Positions 36,001 through 48,835 of a stretch of DNA of 64,000 nt are shown here, piece by piece (the stretch's first letter is position 1; every line of letters begins with the position of its first letter). Under the pieces are notes generated by a model. The model was not told the DNA's origin, made no database searches, and was given only the letters and a program-made list of their open reading frames with translations. A program made the position numbers and the translations under genes. Source of the stretch: Macrostomum lignano (Eukaryota); assembly GCA_002269645.1 (NCBI GenBank), contig NIVC01002695.1, forward strand, positions 85,073 to 149,072, written 5' to 3'.

Positions 36001-36206
36001 ATTTGGTACTTCAGTACATCCTCGCTCAACGGACTTTAAGCCGCGATCTTGGCGGCCTTTGACACGAAGACTACAGCGACGCTCTATACGAAGTCTTATG
36101 CCACCATCAACTTTGTTGCTTTGATGTTTTTAATTGTACAACAGCACATTCTGTGATTCGATTGTCCAGGTGCAGCTCGGGACGAACTCAACTGGACAGT
36201 CAAACG
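33095..36206. repeat. Giant inverted repeat (foldback): arms 33095-34609 and 34692-36206, spacer about 82 bp
   Basis: The arms are reverse complements with only scattered substitutions; the mirrored ORFs differ by one residue (SLHPG vs SLRPG). Each arm has about 3 internal 150-151-bp tandem repeats. Confidence 0.97.
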
Positions 36207-37091
36207 GTGCCAGACTTTGGGTTGTCTGTGATCATCCATCATTTGTTTTAAGCGCAGATGCTGATCTTGCATTGGCAGGGATTCCAAAATGATCTAATTC
36301 TGAAGTGTCGGACTATTGCCCCGTCTTGAACACTGACTATACCAGTTAAATCGGTGGTGACTTCACTGACTTCAACGCCGTGACTACTTTAACGCAGTTA
36401 ATTCATCCTTATCTATTTCGCACGCACTCAGCAGATGCTTTCAAGCGGCACATCGCATAGCTGGACCAAAAGATACGATGTAAAAGAGACAGAGAGTTCT
36501 TATGATTTTTTGGGATAAACGCAATCTACAAGCATCTTTATTGAAAGATGGAGAGTTCGTTTGAATTTCGTAGAACACTTTTGACTCCACAATTAAGGAT
36601 AGCCGAGGTGACGATCTGCACTTCGCCAGAGAGACCAGAACCCCCGAGGCAATTTAGACAGACTGTCTCCTTGTCGGAGCCCTCGCCGTCTCCGGGGAGC
36701 GACTCCAGAGTAACAGCGCGTGCCGCTGAAAATTGATTCTAGCAAACTGCTCACCAATTCCTGCTAGTCGCTTCTGTCGCAGATTAAATTTCTAATTGGA
36801 GCCTCAGTAGTCAATTTTCATAGTCGGCGGGAAAATTTGCACCACGCCCTGCTGCAAATTTGCAATACTCCAACGTCCGTCAAGCCGCTCCGAGCTGAAC
36901 CGCCTCTCCCTGCCCTGAGAGGCTGACGCGTTGCTCGCCATTGGCCCGCTGGGACTCGCCCGGAAACTTGCGACGCCGCAGCGGTTCAAATGGCGCCGCA
37001 ACTCGGTAGAGTTCGAGAAATTAAGTGTTAGACTATCAGAAACTGTCTGCAAAAGATTACTGGGAATAAACCTGTAAAATAATTTGTCGTC

Positions 37092-40000
37092 ATGGCATCA
37101 GCGCCCCAGCCCGGCGTGTTTCGTCAGTTTGTGCCAGAGTCTCTGGCCAAGATCCGACGTCGACAGGAGGAGCTCAGCTTCCTTGGCCAGGCGCTTGGGG
37201 CGCATCACGCCTCAGCGTTTCCCAACTCCGCCACGCCGCTCGCTGCAGCCGAGGCTGGCAACGCGACCGCCGGGCTCGGGCCTCAGCAGCAGCACCAGCA
37301 GCATCCCCACCAGCCGGGGTCGTCTGAGGAGCGTCGGCCGAACGCGAAGCTGGAAGCCGGGATGAAGCTGCCGCCATCGATGTCGGATATTTTTCCGGTA
37401 AAGAAGCTGAGCGGAATTCCTCTGGAAGATATTGACGAATTCTACGCGGACAAGATGACTTTTGTTGTGATCGCCAAGGACAAGACCATCTTCCGGTTCT
37501 CAGCAACCAACGCACTGTTCGTCCTGTCGCCCTTCAACCCGGTGCGCAGAGGGGCGATCTTCGTGCTGACGCACCCGGCCTTCTCCCTGCTGGTGCTTCT
37601 GGCCATCATCTGCAACTGCGTCTTCATGGCCAGAAACAGCAGCTCTGAGATAGTGGAGTACACTTTCACGGCCATCTACACCACCGAGGCGACCATCAAA
37701 GCGGTATCGCGCGGTCTCATCCTGAGCGAATTTACTTACCTGAGAGACGCCTGGAACTGGCTAGATTTCATTGTGATCGGCCTCGCGTACCTATGTTCTT
37801 CATTCCGACTCTGGGTAATCTGAGCGCGCTGCGATCTCTGCGAGTGTTACGCGCACTGAAGACTGTCACCACGGTGCCCGGTCTCAAGACTATCGTTGGC
37901 GCTCTCATGGAGGCTGTGAAACGTCTCCGCGATGTAGGCATACTCACAATCTTTGTGCTGAGCATTTTTGCGCTCATCGGCCTGCAAATGTACAAAGGAA
38001 CGCTGCTGCAGAAGTGCGTACTGGAGTTCAACTTCACCGCTGCTCTTGAAGCGCGCGGCTATAACGAGTCCGTGATGGACGCGGGCACTCTGGAGCAGAT
38101 AAAAGAGCAGGAGCTGGACTTGCACGGCAACAATCGCAGCAACTGGCATCCGGACATGCTCATCTGCAGCTACTCGAGCCTAGGCCAGCCCTGCCCACAG
38201 GGCTATCAGTGCTTTACCACAGACGAAGCGAATCCGAACTTTGGCTACACTAAATTTGATAACTTCGGCTGGGCTATGCTCTGTGCCTTTCGCCTGATGA
38301 CACAAGACTACTGGGAAAATCTCTACCAGATCGTGATTCGAGCCAACGGTACACCTCATTTTTTCTTCTTTGTTCTCGTCATCATGCTGGGTTCATTCTT
38401 CCTGATGAATGTCATCCTAGCGATTGTGGCCATGGCCTACGACGAAGTGCGAATGCAGGACATCCTCGACGAAGAGGCTGAGGTTGCCGCACGAAAAGAA
38501 GAAGACGAACGGCGCGAGGCCGAGGCCGATGCGGAGGCCGAAGCTGCCGCTGAGCCGATGCTTCAATCGCCGACGTCTCTTTCGTTGGGAACCTCCAGGA
38601 AGCCGGTGCTGCTTCATCCTGCAGCCACTGCGCGCCGCAGGAGGCCGTTTTTCCCTTTGTTGACGACTCCAACGCGCAGACGCCGGACGCGGCAGCTACC
38701 GCAGCGGCGCTGATGTCCCCTATGCGAACGCCGCTGGCACGCAGAGCAGCGGAGAAGCTGTTGAAATATGACATCATTTGCAACGCACCCAGTACTGAAA
38801 AGGAGAAAGTCTACGATGACAGAGATAACGTCATAACTGCAGATGACAAGAATGCTGACTGCGACAAGTGCCGTTGTCATCATGCCGACTCGATGCCTGA
38901 AGACATCGAAGCCGTCGCTGTCGCTGCCGCCCATGAAGACGCGCCAAAGGAAAAGAAGTTTCAGTATTGGAAGCGCGTGATGCTTGAGAAGCTGTGCTAT
39001 AGCTGGGAGTGCTGCTACTGTTGGAAGGTTGTTGAAAAGTACGTCAACCTATTCATTTTAGATCCATTTGTTGAGCTTTTCATTACAATTTGTATCCTAG
39101 TTAACACGCTGTTTATGGCTCTGGACGTCCCAGCCAACTCTCAGTCATTCAAGGAGTTTCTCAGTCACGCTAACCTATTCTTCACTGCCACCTTCGCCAT
39201 CGAGGCGTTTTCCAAGCTCATTGGTATGCGGCCGGCGGTGTACTTTCTCGACGGCTGGAACATATTCGATTTCTCCATTGTGCTGCTGAGCTTGGTTGAG
39301 CTGCCGCTGCAAAATGTGCAGGGCTTGTCGATCCTGCGAGCCTTCCGTCTGTTGCGAGTGTTCAAGCTGGCCAAGTCCTGGCAGACCATGAACCTGCTGT
39401 TCGCCATCATTGCCCGGACCATGGGAGCTCTTGGAAACCTGGTGTTTGTTCTGGGCATTGTGATATTCATTTTCGCCGTAGTAGGCATGCAATTATTCGG
39501 CGAGAGCTACAATGCCTACAAGAACGTCACACTGTATCCGGAGTACAACGGCTACTATCCACGATGGAACTTTGTGGACTTCACGCACAGTTTCATGATT
39601 GTGTTCCGGGTGCTCTGTGGCGAGTGGATCGAGAGCATGTGGGACTGCATGCGTCTTAATGGCTTCGTTTGCGTACCGTTTTTCCTGCTGACGCAGGTGA
39701 TTGCCGGGCTCGTGGTGCTGAGCTTGTTCTTGGCTCTGCTACTCAGCAGCTTCGGCTCTGAGAGTCTCCAGCGTCGCGAGGAAGAAGAGGAAGAGGTCAA
39801 CAAGCTGCAGCAGGCCATCGACAGAATCAATCGCTTCATTGTCTGGTCCAAACTGAAGCTGAAGAGCCTCGGTTCAAGGCTATTCGGCGGCCTGAAGCGT
39901 CGTCTCTGGGCTCGCCCGGTGCCGGACAGCGATCTGTTCGAAGAAGAAAACGGAGTCGATGGTGAAGAAGGCAAGGCGGACAACGGAAAAGGACATCGCG

Positions 40001-43000
40001 GCTGCATGGGAGGCAGCAATCCTGAGCTGTCCCTTGGCAGTGGTCAGTCGCCCCTAACGCGTCACGGTGCTTTGGTGATAGAAAACTTTGGCCTCTCTGG
40101 TGTAAATCATCTGCTTCTAGGGGAGCGCAGCCAGCCAGCGACAGACGATCCAAAGGCAGCAGTGCAAATCACACCACCTCCCCCACCGGAGATACCAGAT
40201 TTTTATAAGGAGCCAGAGGTGACTGAAGTGGAGGTGCTCTACTGGGACACACCGGAGGACTGCTTGCCAGCAAAATTGGCAAAGCTGTTTGCTCCTTGCG
40301 CTGCGCGACTCTGCGATTCAACCGCGTTTGGCCGCTTCTGGTGGGGCCTGCGCTGCCGGGCCTACCGACTAGTTGAGCACCGCTACTTTGAGACATTCAT
40401 CATCGCGCTGATTGCCATCAGCAGCCTAACGCTAACTCTCGAGGACGTGAATCTGCCGCGCAGGCCAAAGCTTAAGCTGACGCTGGAATACATGGACAAG
40501 TGCTTCACTATCATCTTTGCTTTCGAGATGCTGGTAAAATGGTTCGCATTTGGCATGAAGAAGTACTTTAGCGACGCCTGGTGCTGGCTAGACTTCGTCA
40601 TCGTGAATGTGGCAGTCATCAGCCTGGTGCTGAACTCGCTGGGCGGCGAGGCCGGCCAGAGTATGGGGGCTTTCAAGGCCATGCGAACTCTGCGGGCGCT
40701 GAGGCCGTTGCGCGCGGTCAGCCGCTGGGAGGGCATGCGCGTGGTGGTGAACGCCCTGATCCAAGCCATCCCGTCCATCTTCAACGTGCTGCTCGTGTGC
40801 CTGGTGTTTTGGCTCATCTTCAGCATCATGGGCGTGCAGCTGTTCGGCGGCCAGTTCTTCAAGTGCATCAGCAAGGAGACTGGCGAGCGGCTACTGCCGG
40901 AGGTGGTGCCCGACGTCGAGTCCTGCGAGCGGATGCGCCAGGCCTTTGACAACGTGTCCTGGGTGAACTCCAGAATCAACTTTGACAACGTGTTGAATGG
41001 CTACCTGGCCCTGTTTCAGATCTCTACCTATAAAGGATGGACATTGGTTATCGCTGACGCTGTGGATACAACAGGTTGGTGCAATCCTCCTCAGAATATC
41101 TATGATATTAAGTACGTAGGCCCCCAAGGCATCTTGAAGGCAGCAATATCGCAGATGTGGCTCAAATGTATGTGATGATCATTCATTTTTTTCGTCTCTC
41201 GTGTAGGTCAGTGAAACGATTTGATGCCTCATTTGATATAACGATGTAACTGCGGAGTTTGGCAAGCCATTTAGAGATAGAATATATAATCGGGGCTCTT
41301 ACTGTCAGTCTCGACAAAAAACTCCAGATAAGAACTTCTACTATGATTGGCTTAGAGTGCTGGTTCAGTACTGCATCAAACTTCACTATAGTGTTATCAT
41401 TTGGAAGGCCATTTATGCAATAGTCAGGCAATCTGAGTGCTCGTCAAACAAATGTAGCAATTAGTGCAGACTGAAGCAGTAATAGCAGCAGTTTAGGACG
41501 CAAAATAGTAAAAAAAACTCCGCACTTTTCTGTTTATTTACGCTGTTTGTCAGCAGAAACTTGACAACCTACAAGGCACTCTCTTCTGCTCACCGCAGGA
41601 GTCGGCAAGCAGCCAGCTCGCGACGCCAACACGCCGATGTACTTCTTCTTTGTACTCTTCATCATTTTCGGCTCCTTCTTCACCCTCAACCTGTTCATCG
41701 GCGTCATCATCGACAACTTCAACATGCAGAAGAAACGCGCCGGCGGCTCGCTGGAGATGTTCATGACGGATGACCAGAAGAAATACTACAAGGCGATGAA
41801 AAAGATGAGCAGCGTCTCGCCACAGAAGCCGATCCCGAAGCCGAAGCTGAAAATCTCTAAATTTTTCTTTGTTATAACCAGCAATCAAAAATTCGATATA
41901 GTGATCATGTCCTTCATCATGCTCAACACGGTGGTGATGTGCGTGGAGCATCACAACCAGTCGGCTTCGTTCAGCAACGCGGTCAACCAGGTGAATCGCT
42001 TCTTCATCGTCCTGTTCACAGGTGAGGCCGTGTTCAAGCTCCTCGCCCAGCGGTGGCACTACTTCAAATTCGCTTGGAACGTATTCGACTTTATCATTGT
42101 GGTGCTGAGCGTGCTCACCTGGGCCATGGAGGACATCATGTACGTGCTGCCGGTGCCGCCCACTATGATTCGAGTCGTTCGCGTTTTCCGCGTCGGCCGC
42201 GTCCTCCGGCTGGTGAAGTCAGCCCGCGGAATCCGGACGCTGCTGTTCTCGCTGTTCGTGTCCCTACCGGCTCTGTTCAACATCGGCATCCTGCTGCTCA
42301 TGGTGATGTTCATCTACAGCATCGTCGGCCTGTCCTTCTTCAGCCACGTCCGGCATCACAACGGCATCGATCAGATCTTCAACTTCGAGACCTTTCCCAG
42401 CGCGATGATCGTGCTGTTCCAGATGAGCACGTCAGCTGGCTGGGACGGCGTGCTTGACGGCCTGATGAACGAAGAGCCGCCGATGTGCAACCCGAACAAG
42501 AAGCCGCACAGCGACTGCGGCAACTACGCTATCGCGGTGGTTTTCCTCATCTCCTACCTAGTGATCAGCTTCCTAGTCATCATCAACATGTACATCGCCG
42601 TGATCCTGGAGAACTTCAGCCAGGCCACGGAGGACGTGCAGGAGGGTCTGACGCAGGAGGACTTCGATCTGTTCTACGAAAAGTGGGAAAAGTACGACCT
42701 GAAGGCGAGGGGATTTATCCAGTTGAGAGATGTCTACATTCTTTTGGACGAGCTGGACCCGCCTCTGCAGGTAGGCGAGTAGTAGGGATATTGGCTAGTG
42801 TGCGCAAGTGGGGTGAGAAACTCAAAAGTCAATACAAGGATACATCAAGCACTTCAAATCTGGGCAGTTTAGTTCTCATCACACGCACTGATACGTGTTT
42901 ATATACAGCTTTTGTTATGATAAGTTAGAAAACTTTAGGGTCAAATTGAAAACCTAAAGAATAAATATCGCACGTTTAGGCCATAGACAACATACAGATT

Positions 43001-43821
43001 TATGACTTTGAAATTCGACTTTAAAGATCAATCATGCACGATTGCCTAGAATTAGACAAGTAATGCCTTCTATTTGATACTTAAACGCACAATTGATTTC
43101 GTCTACGGCAAAATCTCTTTTTAAGTTGGGATTCATGAACGCTGATTTGTGCGTCTATGGCTAAAAGGGACTCGCGCACTTGTACTTTTGTCAATGACGC
43201 ACTCGTTAGCGTTCAAGAATCTTTACATCGCACAGAGACTTGGAGCTCTGATGTTAATCAACTCATTTAAAATACTTTAAACATCTATGCACTCCTGGAC
43301 GTCCGGTTCTAACTTTGCTTGTCTCTCAGTGAGGTTTCTCAGTCAGAGAAATGGTGTCGTGTTGTCTATGGTCCAACCTATCTCTATTCGATTCAAATAG
43401 TGCTTGACTTCACTTCGATCTCCACGTCCCCAACTTTCTACTCCAAGTAGTCCGTGTAAAACTTCGAATCGCGGGTAGTGAAAAAAATATCCCGATTACA
43501 CAAACTCCAGCCGCATCGCTCCCTTCGCAGATCCCGGCTCCGAACAAGATCAAACTGGCCAGCCTTTGCGTCCCAATCTGCGAAGGCGACACTGTCTACT
43601 GCGTTGACCTGCTGGACGCGCTCACCAAGAACTTCCTTGGCACCGGGGACGAGGCCGAGGAGGCGCTGTCCGAAATGCGGCCGGCCGGCAAGGCCAAGTC
43701 CGAGCGAGTCGTGATTACAAATACAGCCGAGCTCCAGCGCCAGGTCGCCGCGGCGCGAGTCATACTGCGCTACTGGCGCCACTGGCGGCGAGAGAAAATT
43801 GAAATCGAAGAGAAAGATTAA
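37092..43821 (+). CDS. Nav1: Voltage-gated sodium channel alpha subunit (Nav1/para-type, DEKA). Exons 37092-41074 (with 1-nt frameshifts near 37790 and 38600-38650), 41599-42770 and 43531-43821
   Basis: Four homologous domains with S4 R/K repeats. P-loops TQDYWE, CGEWIE, TYKGWT and TSAGWD. MFM inactivation motif, [11 protein letters not shown] linker motif and a C-terminal IQ-like motif (ARVILRYWR). GT-AG introns at 41075-41598 and 42771-43530 join in frame. Confidence 0.95.
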
Positions 43822-43957
43822 AATAACCAACGCTATACTATTTGTAATCTTTGCAATATGTCAATATTTTTGCTTGCTTCGCAAAATGCGAAAAAACTTG
43901 GGGAACAGCGGCGTAGCAAGGGTCTGGCCTGGGCCTGGCGTTGGCGCCATGAGCGCT

Positions 43958-44212
43958 AGCATCAGGGGCTTTAGCACCAGGGGCTTTAGCACCAGGGGCT
44001 TTAGCACCAGGGGCTTTAGCACCAGGGGCTTTAGAACCAGGGGCTTTAGCACCAGGGGCTTTAGCACCAGGGGCTTTAGCACCAGGGGCTTTAGCACCAG
44101 GGGCTTTAGCACCAGGGGCTTTAGCACCAGGGGCTTTAGCACCAGGGGCTTTAGCACCACGGGCGCCAGCACCAGGGGCGCCAGCACCAGGGGCGCCAGC
44201 ACAAAGGGCGCC
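43958..44212. repeat. 15-bp minisatellite AGCACCAGGGGC(TTT/GCC)
   Basis: Visible tandem repeat. Confidence 0.95.
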
Positions 44213-44688
44213 CTGGGCACTTTAGTTTCTGAAAAGACGTTTGAAAACATTAATTCTACGGCAAGTTCTTTACAGAAACAGAGGGAGTCTAAATAACTGT
44301 GACATAAATACTACAATAGCTACCCTTTGAATCCCCGCTGGGCTCCATGAGAAAGGGCTGGCCGCATCACAAACAACAGTAGCCTCAAATAAGCTCTGTA
44401 ACTGTTAGCCTATTAGCTGATTATTCTAAAGCACCTTCTCCGCCTGCTGCCTGCACCCACATCTGCCACCTGTTTACTTTGAATATTTTAATACCTTTTA
44501 CTCATTAGGGCAAGCCCAATGTTTACCGTATATATTATGTGCTATCCGCTGCGGTGACAGGTAGTTGGGAAAAATTACATGAGTTCCTTATGCGCGTTTA
44601 TTGTTTTTTACTCTTTTTGCTGAGTGCTGAGTATGCAATGGCATATTGTAATCGATTTAATAAAAACAACTCTCACTTTCTCAACAAT

Positions 44689-44876
44689 ACTGACTGACTG
44701 ACTGACTGACTGACTGACTGACTGACTGACTGACTGACTGACTGACTGACTGACTGACTGACTGACTGACTGACTGACTGACTGACTGACTGACTGACTG
44801 ACTGACTGACTGACTGACTGACTGACTGACTGACTGACTGACTGACTGACTGACTGACTGACTGACTGACTGACTG
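44689..44876. repeat. (ACTG)n microsatellite, about 47 copies
   Basis: Perfect tetranucleotide run. Confidence 0.98.
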
Positions 44877-45120
44877 TCATATAAAAATACGAGTATATAA
44901 GAAAATAGAATTTTGCTTAGATCGCACAGATTAATTTGTCTGGCAGAGACAGTATTTAAAAAAAACATTATGTCTTTTCTTTCCCAGTTATTAAAACTGC
45001 CTCAAAGAGTGTAGCTATGACAGAAAAGTATCTCAGTGAAAAGTTTATTAAATTTTATGCATGTTTCGATGGATAATAATATCCACTACTTAAATGGACT
45101 ACTGGACTACTTAAATAATA

Positions 45121-45687
45121 TACTACTAAGCTACTATACTACTAAGCTACTATACTACTAAGCTACTATACTACTAAGCTACTAAACTACTAAGCTACTA
45201 AACTACTAAGCTACTATTAGCTACTATACTACTAAGCTACACTACAACTAAGCTACTATACTACTAAGCTACTATACTACTAAGCTACTATACTACTAAG
45301 CTACAATGCAACTAAGCTACTATACTACTAAGCTACTATACTACTAAGCTACTATACTACTAAGCTACACTACAACTAAGCTACTATACTACTAAGCTAC
45401 TATACTACTAAGCTACTATACTACTAAGCTACTATACTACTAAGCTACTATACAACTAAACTACTAAACTACTAATCTACTATACTACTAAGCTACTATA
45501 CTACTAAGCTACTACTAAGCTACTATACAACTAAACTACTATACTACTAATCTACTATACTACTAAGCTACTATACTACTAAGCTACTATGCTACTAAGC
45601 TACTATACTACTAAGCTACTATACTACTAAGCTACTATGCTACTATGCTACTAAGCTACTATACTACTAAGCTACTATACTACTAAG
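45121..45687. repeat. 16-bp minisatellite (CTACTAAGCTACTATA)n
   Basis: Visible tandem repeat with variants. Confidence 0.95.
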
Positions 45688-45756
45688 CCATCTTAAGCTC
45701 GTTCAGTTGAAGCCAGGCAACCGGGCGCCAGGCAACTGATGGTTGCTATGCAAATA

Positions 45757-46803
45757 TCAGCACCTGTCGCTAAGCTGCTGGAACTCATCCCCAGTCAGGG
45801 CCGCGGGCGCCATGGCGAAGCACACCAGATAGCCCATGAGGCACATCGAGTCGGAACCGGCGTAGCCCAATCGGATCTCGTCGTACTGGACAGCGGCGTT
45901 CAGCGTATCTGTCGGAGTGAATGTTGTCGCACTCATCAGGGTGCCGTTAAAGTACACCCGAGCGCTGCCCGTGGAGTTGTAGTAGGCCACGCCGAAGGCG
46001 AGACTCCTTTCGCCGGCGTAGACAACACCGGCGACGGCCTCGAACGGATTCGGCCGGGTGAACAGGTTGGAGAAGCGGACCCGGCCGCCCACAGTATAGA
46101 AAAAGGCGCTCAGCTGGCTGCCGTCGCTGGCTGACAGGATGCGCATGAAGTGGCGCTGCGAGCTCGCCGATGCTGGCGGGTCGGCCAGCACCTTGAAGAA
46201 GTAGGCGAACTCCTGGCTGGCAGCGGCCACCGCCTGGTAGCCGGGAGGCGGCAGGCGCATCAGCACGTGGGCGGTCTGCAGGCCGGGCAGCCAGGCGCCA
46301 CTGGAGTTGCGAGACGCGGCGCCAGTGAGCTGAGCGGCCGCCGGCCAGCCCGCCGACCCGGCGACGAGGTTCAACTCGGAGACGCGGAAGTCGATGAACA
46401 CTTTGAGTCGGGAGGCGAGCGACCAGGCGGTCGGAGCATCTCCGCCCTGTCTCAGCAGCGTCGCCACGCAGTCGCCGCGGCTCGCCGTGCCGGCCGCCTC
46501 GGCCTCGCTGGCCGGTCGCGGCGGCTCCGAGGTCACGTGACACAGCCGGGCCACGAAGCGGAACTGGGCGACCGCGCACGCGCTCGGTCGGAGAGCGCAG
46601 GCCATCGCGCAGGACTTCGCATCGGAGACGCCCGTCAGAAGCTGCGCGTTGGGCAGCCGCAGCTGGTGCTGCAGGTCTGCGTCTGGCACGCAGGAGTCGC
46701 TGTGCACCCGGCGGACTGAGTGCTGGGCCTGGCAGCCGCCGCTGAAGCCATTCGCTGAAGCGGGCGACAACTGGGCGTACAGCATCAGAGTAGCGATAGC
46801 CAT
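45757..46803 (-). CDS. Secreted PAN/apple-like + LamG/ConA-like domain protein, paralog A (intronless)
   Basis: Hydrophobic N-terminus (MAIATLMLYAQLSPASA) and a Cys pattern SCAMAC...C...LC. The C-terminal beta-rich region with RVYFNG...DEIRLG...G.L.CF is typical of LamG-like folds. A paralog lies at 60131-61200. Confidence 0.7.
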   Translation of the reverse strand: MAIATLMLYAQLSPASANGFSGGCQAQHSVRRVHSDSCVPDADLQHQLRLPNAQLLTGVSDAKSCAMACALRPSACAVAQFRFVARLCHVTSEPPRPASEAEAAGTASRGDCVATLLRQGGDAPTAWSLASRLKVFIDFRVSELNLVAGSAGWPAAAQLTGAASRNSSGAWLPGLQTAHVLMRLPPPGYQAVAAASQEFAYFFKVLADPPASASSQRHFMRILSASDGSQLSAFFYTVGGRVRFSNLFTRPNPFEAVAGVVYAGERSLAFGVAYYNSTGSARVYFNGTLMSATTFTPTDTLNAAVQYDEIRLGYAGSDSMCLMGYLVCFAMAPAALTGDEFQQLSDRC

Positions 46804-48416
46804 CTGATTGCCTTGCGAGAGCTGAAACGGATTGGCAAAGTTCTCTCCATTGTTTCTAAGCGGATCTGGGTAAATACTCGACTGCATGTAGCATGAAAGC
46901 CCCAGTGAGCCTTGAAGAGCCGTGAGCGCCCATCTAGCCAGTGGGCCAATTAGGGTTACAATGAGGGGAAAAACAGTCGCGGAAGGCTTGGGATGACTTG
47001 TGAAGCATCTGTCTTCTTGTGAATTTTTTAGCCATAAAGTGCATCTCTACCTGTTGGCTTCTTGCACGATAGGCACTAGCTGGTTGAAACTGGATTTCAT
47101 GAAGTTGCGACATTGCAGAGTCTTTCGCGGGAGTCTAAAAGTGGATTCTCACTGGCTCAATGTTTACAAAACAGTGAACTTGAGTACTGGAGAACTTGAA
47201 CTTCAGAATTAAGAACTTAAATCGCGCTTTAGTGGTCTCGCGCGTCGCTCTGATGTGCCAAGGGCCCAGGCTCGATTCCAGGTGCAGTCACATTAATTTG
47301 GGGCTAAATTGGAATCTCGGCTTGGCTCTGCTCGTGCAATTAACGGCTTTAAGGCCAACCCCCAAGGCACAGTGAAGTGTACATGCCTAACGATAAATAA
47401 AGTTAGGGCCGCTGTACACTCCTGTGTGAGTGTGTGCCTGCGTACGACTGCGTTACTGCGTACGTATCCGCGCGCTTGTGTGCCTGCTCAGGGGAGTTGG
47501 CGGAATGGGCAGCAATGCCTCTCGCCGGTTGTGTGACCATTTCGCATTTCGCTTAAAGTGCGCCAGGGTGCACACAGCCTCTAACTCTAACTAACTAGCT
47601 ACATCACGCTTTACAGATTTTGCACGGCAGATTTTTGAAACTTCAGAAAATTCCATGGATATATGAATCGTTGCGAAAGAAAAATTACAGAAAAAGGACT
47701 TCGCGAACTATCGTAAATGTCATTTGGCATAGCCATGCAGGATTTGAGAATCTGGGGTCACAAAACAGCTCCTTGTAGTTGGTGTGCTGATCATGGACCG
47801 TACATGTAATTATCACATCTGTACAGATCGGTAGGTGAGATGCAGTTCTGAAAATGTAAGCTATAGTAGCTCGTACTCTTACATTTTATTGGGCTACATG
47901 TACCGTAAGGTACTGAGGTACATGTAGCTTTCTTGCTGATGTAATGACACGCGTACCAGGACCACTAAACCGCACATTTAGCTCCGATGCGCTTTTCCCC
48001 CTACTGTCAGTAGGCTAGCTTAGGATCTTCTCTCTATTCTCTCATCTAGGCTGAGTGCTATACTATTTTATGACATTACCATTAATTATGTTAGGGATTT
48101 AATGTACTTCCCTAGGATTCTATTTTTGGGTTGTTTACGCTTGGTTGAAGGTCAGGCTGTCTGGGTCTGGGACGGATTGACCTCTAACAGTCTAGACAGG
48201 CGACACTAAGTCTGGGAGAAATGTTTTTATCTCATCCTGACCCCCCCCCGATTTGTGACTTTTTCACTATTTTTGGTGATTTATTGCGGTCTAGCTGTCA
48301 CTTTTGGCTCCAGCCTGTCTGGGTCAAAGAGGTCTTTCCAGTCTCCTTCCCACTCGCCCTATTACCTTCTCCTTTGAGTTATGAGCTTTTTGCAGTCACT
48401 TTGCAGTCACAGGATG

Positions 48417-48582
48417 TAGGGGTGTTCGGGTCGGCCATTTTTTCGGGGTTCGGGGTTTACCCCGAACCCGGTACCCCTACTCCGAACCCCGAACCCGACC
48501 CGGAACACCTACCCCGAACCCCGAACCCGGTACCAAAACCCGACCCGAAACCCGACCCGACCCCGAACCCCGAACACCCCTA
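48417..48582. mobile_element. hAT-type MITE, 166 bp
   Basis: TIRs TAGGGGTGTTCGGG / CCCGAACACCCCTA. 8-bp flanking duplication ACAGGATG (48409-16) / CCAGGATG (48583-90). Internal CCCGAA repeats. Confidence 0.8.
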
Positions 48583-48694
48583 CCAGGATGTCTAGACAAG
48601 TGACTTTTATTCGTTTTTGTATGATTTATGATCGCACCTGTCAACTTTCCTGGGGTCTGGAGCCCACTCGGTGGGGTTGGTTTTGGGGTCTTAA

Positions 48695-48835
48695 GCTCAG
48701 CCAATCAGAGTCGACCTGACTGCTCCCGGCTCGACCAATCAGAAAATTCGGCGCCGATTTTAACAAAGGCCCTCAGCCAATAGGAAAATTCAGCGCTCGC
48801 TATAACAAATCGGCCGCGTGAGATCTATAAAAGGC
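48695..48835 (+). promoter_or_regulatory. Pol II promoter-like cluster: three CCAAT boxes and a TATAAAA
   Basis: AGCCAATCAG near 48698, GACCAATCAG near 48732, AGCCAATAGG near 48775 and TATAAAAG near 48827, followed by a GC-rich stretch and a GTAAG donor-like site. Confidence 0.4.

Noticed and set aside
37174-42928. Antisense and alternative-frame ORFs within the Nav gene
   Set aside because: These are shadow ORFs of GC-rich coding sequence.
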